DNA from: Stylophora pistillata | Taxonomy: Eukaryota | DNA: 57,581 nucleotides | Direction of reading: 5' to 3' | NCBI RefSeq assembly: GCF_002571385.2 | Contig: NW_019217929.1 | Location: forward strand, 182,648 to 240,228 | Shown here: one piece after another, positions 51,482-57,581 of the stretch | How the letters are laid out: each line of letters begins with the position of its first letter | Position numbering within the stretch: position 1 is the first letter of the stretch | Notes under the pieces: model-generated | The model's database searches: none | The model's input: the letters and a program-made list of their open reading frames with translations, nothing else | Told to the model about the DNA's origin: nothing | Made by a program: the position numbers and the translations under genes

Positions 51482-54400
51482 TCATTCTAGAACCCGAATA
51501 TCAGAAATCTTGAACTTGAACTTCCCATATTTGCCAAAGGTGGATATCCCCGCACTTAACCCGCTACCTTTTCGTCTTAAAATGACTCCAGCTACTGGTG
51601 TGTTCGGGTGATTTACCATCCAAAAGTGGTCATTCCCGCACAAAGCATTTACACCATCAAAATGATTACCTTAAAAGAACAGGGAGACAAATCTCAGAAA
51701 CTTATTATCACTGTCATCATCATGGCAATCGTTGTCGTCAACTCAAAGGCTGAACTCTATACAAATGCTGCTTGATTTTCTATGGTCTATATTTTATTTT
51801 TGTTACAAAAATAGATGTAACGGTTGGTCTTTTGGATAAACATCGGTGACAGTAAAGAGGACGGGCTTGGTAGAAAAGAAGATCTGATGAGAAGAGCAAT
51901 AGCTCAGCACGTTCGTTTTAAATCTTTTAAACATTTTTCGCTGTCCTCTGAAAAACAACTTGAAAGCACCAAAATTTGCGTTCTCGGAGAATGCAACCCC
52001 CGACGGCATATTGGCACAACTGAGAGTCGTCAAATGATCTAACTACAAGTCAACCATGCACAATATGCAAACTAGCCCTGCATTTGGTAACATTTCCAGC
52101 GTCAGACCTCTTCTGTATTCCTTTCCATGTAGAAGGGAAGATAGAAGGATTTGATTAGCTTAAGTTTGAAAATTACGTATCATACCGTAATGTTCTATCA
52201 TCAGTTTTGACAGTTTCGAGATTTAAATTTAAGAACTGTAGAAAAAAAAAACACACTAAAGTAACCCATTTTAGGCCTATAAGGCACACTTCCCTTGGTG
52301 ACGTTACCAGTTAACTTTAAATCTCAACAATGTTTCTCGCATGCATTTTTACCGTCTGGCCTGAGATATTCTTCTTTCCAAAGCTCATCCAGATCAAGGT
52401 CGAATTCCGAAACACCGGGAGTATAATTACCAGAGGCCCTGTAAGGATGAAAGAAGACCAAGGGTCGTTACTCATATAAAATTTCCTTTAGCCAAAACAA
52501 TATCAATAAGTCACTGCTTTGTTTAAGCAACGATAAAGCTTAATACGAGTTTGTGTACTCTTGTTTTCCTGCGTTTGACGCGAAATACGTAAATTGAGTC
52601 CTCTATGGCGCGTTAGTTTTGCTTTTCTTCATACTTCGTAGGGACATAAGAGACATGAACTGAATATTTTATCAGTCAGGGACGTTTCCAAAAATTGCAA
52701 AAGATTTCTGAGTTTCCACGAACTTTTGCTTGTATTTGATTCGTTTCCAGCCTCCAGATACAGATATAAACACGCCGTCAACTGTGGGTGAATCAATTGC
52801 ATTTATTCCAGTACAAGGACGTGGTGACTGACGCTCAACTTCGATAACTACTCCGGATCCACTTTCAACAGTTTTCGTTGCAGCAACATCAGTTGTACTT
52901 TGTACATTCACGTCACTTTCCGAAACGTCACGCCACTCTAAACAGAAAAATATAAATGCACCCATTATAAGTTGGGTATACACTCGATAATACAACTTAG
53001 CAGATAGCCATCGTTAAAATTTTGACAATGGCGGATCCAGGGGGTAGGTCATGGGGGCTCTGGAACTCTACCCTCTCCTTCAAGTTCCTTGCCAGATTTG
53101 AAAATATTTTCCAGTGGTTAGCAATGAACAGTTGCTCGCCTCTAGGCTACTCAACGGAAAAAGGTCGGGTGTCCTGTAGCGCTTTCTTACTCTCCACCCC
53201 TTACCATTCACTCTTCCTGGGTAAACTGAACTTTGCATTTAGTACAATAAGGCAGAGTATCAAGTCCATTCAACTTACGTCTCTTAGCAGAAGTGACCTT
53301 TACAAAATGAACGTCTCCAAATCTCTTGGATGAAGAACCGACGTCCGGCCATTTAAGAATGTCGGGATAGTAATGTTTTAGATCACTGTTGTACCAATTT
53401 GTAATATGGTCATTAGTGAGAGATTTAAACCAAATGTTTAAGTCCGAAATCCTTCCGTAAAATGGGAAGTCGGTTGTAATAGTACCGCCAATGTCCTGAT
53501 ATTGTCCAATGATTACTTGAGTCCACTGAAGGTTTTCGTTCTTAACTCCGTCGCTAGATCTTTTTTAACCAAAATCTGCATTTACGATCACCTCCATGTA
53601 AGATGACTGGTTACGTTGGATTCGAACACAGAGGAAGACAAGTTGATCCTTCGGAGAACTTGTGGCGAATACGTCGGAAACGGCATTCCCTAAAAAAAAA
53701 AAAAAAAACCACCGCTAAATACCGTGGCCCGTAGAGGACACGTCATCCACTTTTTGAATGCAATTTCATCCCGCGATAAAATCAAAATATCACGCGATCA
53801 ATGGAAATTATTGCGCAATAAATGAAAAAGTATCGTGCAATAAATTCTGAATTATAGCGCGATCATCTTATGAATTAAGTTATCGGGCGATATTTGAGTT
53901 CTATCAAGCGATACAGTGTGTGATTCGCCTCTGAATAGCCAAAGAGACAGTGCGGTATATACTAAAAATAATACTCACCTCGGTCATGGTGAATAATTGA
54001 GACCTATTTTTGCAGCATTTCTTGTTAAAAGCAACATTTTTTTCTCTTTGTGTTAAAAAGTTACTACTTAAACAAAAAAATTTACGAAAGGACAATTGAG
54101 AGTTGATATATTTGAGTTTAAATCAGCCTTTCAAGCAAAAATGCGAGGCTAACAGGATCCTCGAGGATAATACCTGTACTATTTTGATAACTACAAGGTA
54201 ACTGATTATTCCTCTCTGGTAATTGTGGCTCACAAAAACTCCTTACCAGTCACTTCCGATTGAAAAATAGATCTTCCCTTTTCCGTCGATCCTCACGGTC
54301 ATAACGTTTCGATTGCCACCATTCTTCTCGGTCAATATACTTATTACAGTCATATTTTGATCCTGTTGCATATCAGGTGTGTGTATCCAGGCGCAGACAG

Positions 54401-57028
54401 TAAAGTGTTCAACCCAATTCTTATTCATATCGTGTTTCACATAGTTCGTTTGCTGAGTTTTTCTGAAGACAAGCTCAAAGTCATAGTCATTTTGATTAAA
54501 AGGTTCTCCATTACCTCTGTTAAGGCTCGCTACAGTGGCTACAAAATGGAAAACATGCACAACTGTTACACCAAAATTGAACATTTTTTGGCCACAATCT
54601 TTGCTACTCGGCTTGTTTTCAGAAATCATTTTTGAAGATTTAATTTCACTTAGATTTTACGAAATTTTAGTACAATCAGTAAATTGTGAAATGGTCTACT
54701 CGTATTCATTAGTAGGTCTTCTTTCTTCCCTATTCCCTCCACATTGTGCGCACGTTGTTTGTTTGATCCATTTGGCCCCAGACCTCCCGCTGTCAAGAAA
54801 ACAACTTGAACGCAAACTAATATTAAAAAGGGCTTCATGTCAAAAATTAGAAGTTTTAAAAGCTTCATATTATCAACATGCTTTTGTTTTTTCCCAATTT
54901 GGTATGGAATTCGCTGCATTTGGCCACTCTAAAACCATTATAATGGGTGAAAGGTTGAGTTTTTGGGATCCCCTTATAGTGGAACAGTGAAGTGAAAACA
55001 TGAAGTTGACTACACTCACGGGCCGTGTTGTAGTCCATATTCTGCTCCTCCGCTATTGATTCTGAGCAATTTGTTCCTGAGAATGAATCCGTACAGTTGC
55101 ATGTGTAGGTTTGCGCACTGGGTGCCTCTACACACGTTCCACCGTTTTTACAAGGATTAGCGTTACAATCTGATAGATAAAACAAGACTGTATTGTAAGT
55201 TTTGAAAACTTCTACAGATGAATCTTATAGCGAATCGTTGCAAAGCAAGATGTAATTTGGTAAATCTTTGCGATTGGTGTATTTTTCTGTTTTCGTCGTC
55301 GTCATAATGATTGGTATTTGTTTGTCTTCGTCGCCGTCATAGGGATCGTTATCTTCATCATTCTCGCTGTTGACATTGTCATCAGAATCGCCACCGTGAC
55401 GTCACAAAACAAACAGTAAGACTTCAAAAAAATTGCAAAGCATTATGGAGGAGAAAACTAGTGAGCGTCTTTATAATCAAGCCTAAATAGAGCCACAATC
55501 TCCACATTTTCTCTCCTGGCCGCATCCTCTCCTACCGAGATGGAAAAATCGTAGGAGTCATCAACCTTCGCAGCTTACTGACATTAGTGTGCATATTCTC
55601 TATACTGCTCTCTGTACATTTCCTGTAACATTGTTAAGGAGATTTGATTGAACGATCACGAACTCCTCAAGTTGTTAATCAGAGCCCCGTGGTTCGAAGG
55701 CCGATTAGCACTACGTACCCAGGGTTAAATTTTAATCTGGGTTTCTTTAATCCTTTGTTTAAAAGTCTTTCTTGGGATCATATTCTCCATGCTTTTTAGA
55801 ACATTCAATTATCAAGTGGTAAACAAAAATAATTCCACTGAATTTTCTTTTAAGCCTTCAGATCTGAAATCAGATTTCACACTAACACTGGGATATCCTA
55901 ACCCAGCTTTGAACAACTCGGCCCAGTTCCTTTATTCTCATGCTCTTAAAGTTTGATTTAGGGATAACCTGTACGGTGAAATAAGCTGCTAGGCAGTCTA
56001 AAAGGTTACGATATTAAGCGTGTAAAGAACAATCCTTATACTAACATGTCACGATCTGCCTACATCTCTTTCCATAGAATTTGTCAGCGCACTGACATCT
56101 GTAAGTCCTATTACTAGCTATCTCTATGCACGTTCCGCCATTTTCACATGGTTCAAAGTGACAAGGACCCTGAACCACTGGAGGAACAGTGGGCTGTTAT
56201 AGAGGAAGAGGTATAAACATGTTTATTACGATATTTTAAAAACATCAATACGGCAGACAAGAGTTTTAAAAAGGTTTGTTGAAAAGGGGGGTGAGTATAG
56301 AAAATGAAAGAAATATCGAGGTAGAGAAGTTCAGTTTGAATGTACTAACAGCCTGTTTTCGAACTCAGAATTTAAAGTAACCAATTTGTGTTCAAGTACA
56401 TTTAAATTACGAGGATTTAGAACAACCTCTTTACCAGACCCTCTTCTCAGCGTCCTTAAGACTTTATGGAGAGAGAAACAGAGGTGACCCTGGAAACGAG
56501 GATACAATTTAGTCGTAGAAAAAATCCTACGGCAAACTCGCACATTTTTCTACTAGCTTTCTCGTAATTCGTCAGAGAGTGTATTTATCCAACAGGCAAC
56601 ATCTCATTGCATATGTGAATCGAAAAAACCTCGCTATGCGTTTAAGAACATGCTTTACGTCTCCATTAAGGCCGGTGTCTTGTTTAGGTATAAGTATTTA
56701 CGTCATCTTCTTTCCAGCTAACATCTTTTAAATCGTTTTTTTTTTCTTTTTTTTCTGTTTATACTCACCATGTTGTCTGTGGTTCCAAACTCGGCTTCCT
56801 CACTCCGTTGAATGTGGTAACTCAAATCGTAATGTTCAAACTCCTTGTCAGTTTTAATGGCTGCCTCGCCCGCCTCTCTTCGGTTCATTTTGTTTAAAAA
56901 GCAGTTATCTTCACTGCTTGACTTTTTGTAATTAATAGACTTGCAGTCGAAAGTCGATAGACATCGCGTCACGCATTCAAACACCGAACTCGCTTTTTCC
57001 TCTTCATGCTCAGTGTCAGGAAACGTAT
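51482..57028 (-). pseudogene. Array copy C: divergent PAN-EGF-EGF-pentraxin/LamG-like-unassigned domain; two inactivating lesions; 5' end not identified in the window
   Basis: Exons 57028-56769, 56193-56046, 55169-55020, 54538-54247, 53689-53279 (TAA at 53565-53567 where copy B has TCG), 52937-52673 (donor GT>AT, creating TGA), 52438-52353, 51669-51482. Confidence 0.75.
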
Positions 57029-57581
57029 CTGTACAAAAACAATTAATAGGATAAATAGAGTTGACGACATATTTTATAAGTATGCGCGAATTTGTACTCC
57101 AGAAAGATCTTGGTAACGACATCTGACTTCCAAATTTTTCTTTCACTTCGACCCAGACTGACTTGGGCCATAAAATCACGAAAGACTAAGACCAGTCTCT
57201 ATTTATCGCCAAGGGTGGGGGCAGAGGATTTTTTTAGGGAGGATCACGTGGTTTCCAGGGGGAACGGAGAGGGGATCAGTCGTTTCTAATGTAACATATA
57301 GGGGGGACTATGGAAATATAACTGCCAGTGAAGGACGGTCATTAAACTACTACAGAGCCTCAGGGGGGACTAGGTAAATTTTATTGTGACATGACAAAAA
57401 TCCTCCGGGTCCCCTCCACCCCGGTGGTAAACAATGGCCAGTCTTCATTCATGGTGGAACCATGACAACAGATGCTGTTGAAGAGTTGCTAAGTACTTTT
57501 TTAACGATCTTTCAAGGTTTTTTTAACTCGCAAGAATGCCTAATGACTTCTTAGAATTTAAAACTTTTCTTCCACGAAATC

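Overview
AT-rich, intron-rich animal genomic DNA with several N gaps. Gene content, repeat families and the PAN/EGF gene style suggest a cnidarian, probably a stony coral (inference). The left half (4-27 kb) is a compact run of conserved genes in alternating orientation: EXO5 (-), a TTD14-like AAA_28+CYTH gene (+), ARPC3 (-), CNTD1 (+) and a BCL7-family gene (-). All five were reconstructed exon by exon with phase-consistent splice sites, including two GC-AG introns. A three-level nested DNA-transposon structure precedes them (0.3-4.2 kb). Two intronless genes follow them: a bacterial-type zeta-toxin/AAA_33 P-loop kinase with a possible mitochondrial presequence, and a FAM92/CIBAR BAR-domain copy broken by one TAA. 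The right half (34-57 kb) is a tandem array of three minus-strand paralogs encoding secreted mosaic proteins. Each has a variable PAN / fibrinogen-N-like / EGF head on a shared pentraxin/LamG-like domain, followed by a ~180-aa C-terminal domain I cannot assign to any family. The copies show exon shuffling, two independent knock-outs of the same EGF exon, and pseudogenisation. The best candidates for new biology are the zeta-toxin-like kinase and this array with its unassigned domain. All family calls come from motif recognition; no database search was run.
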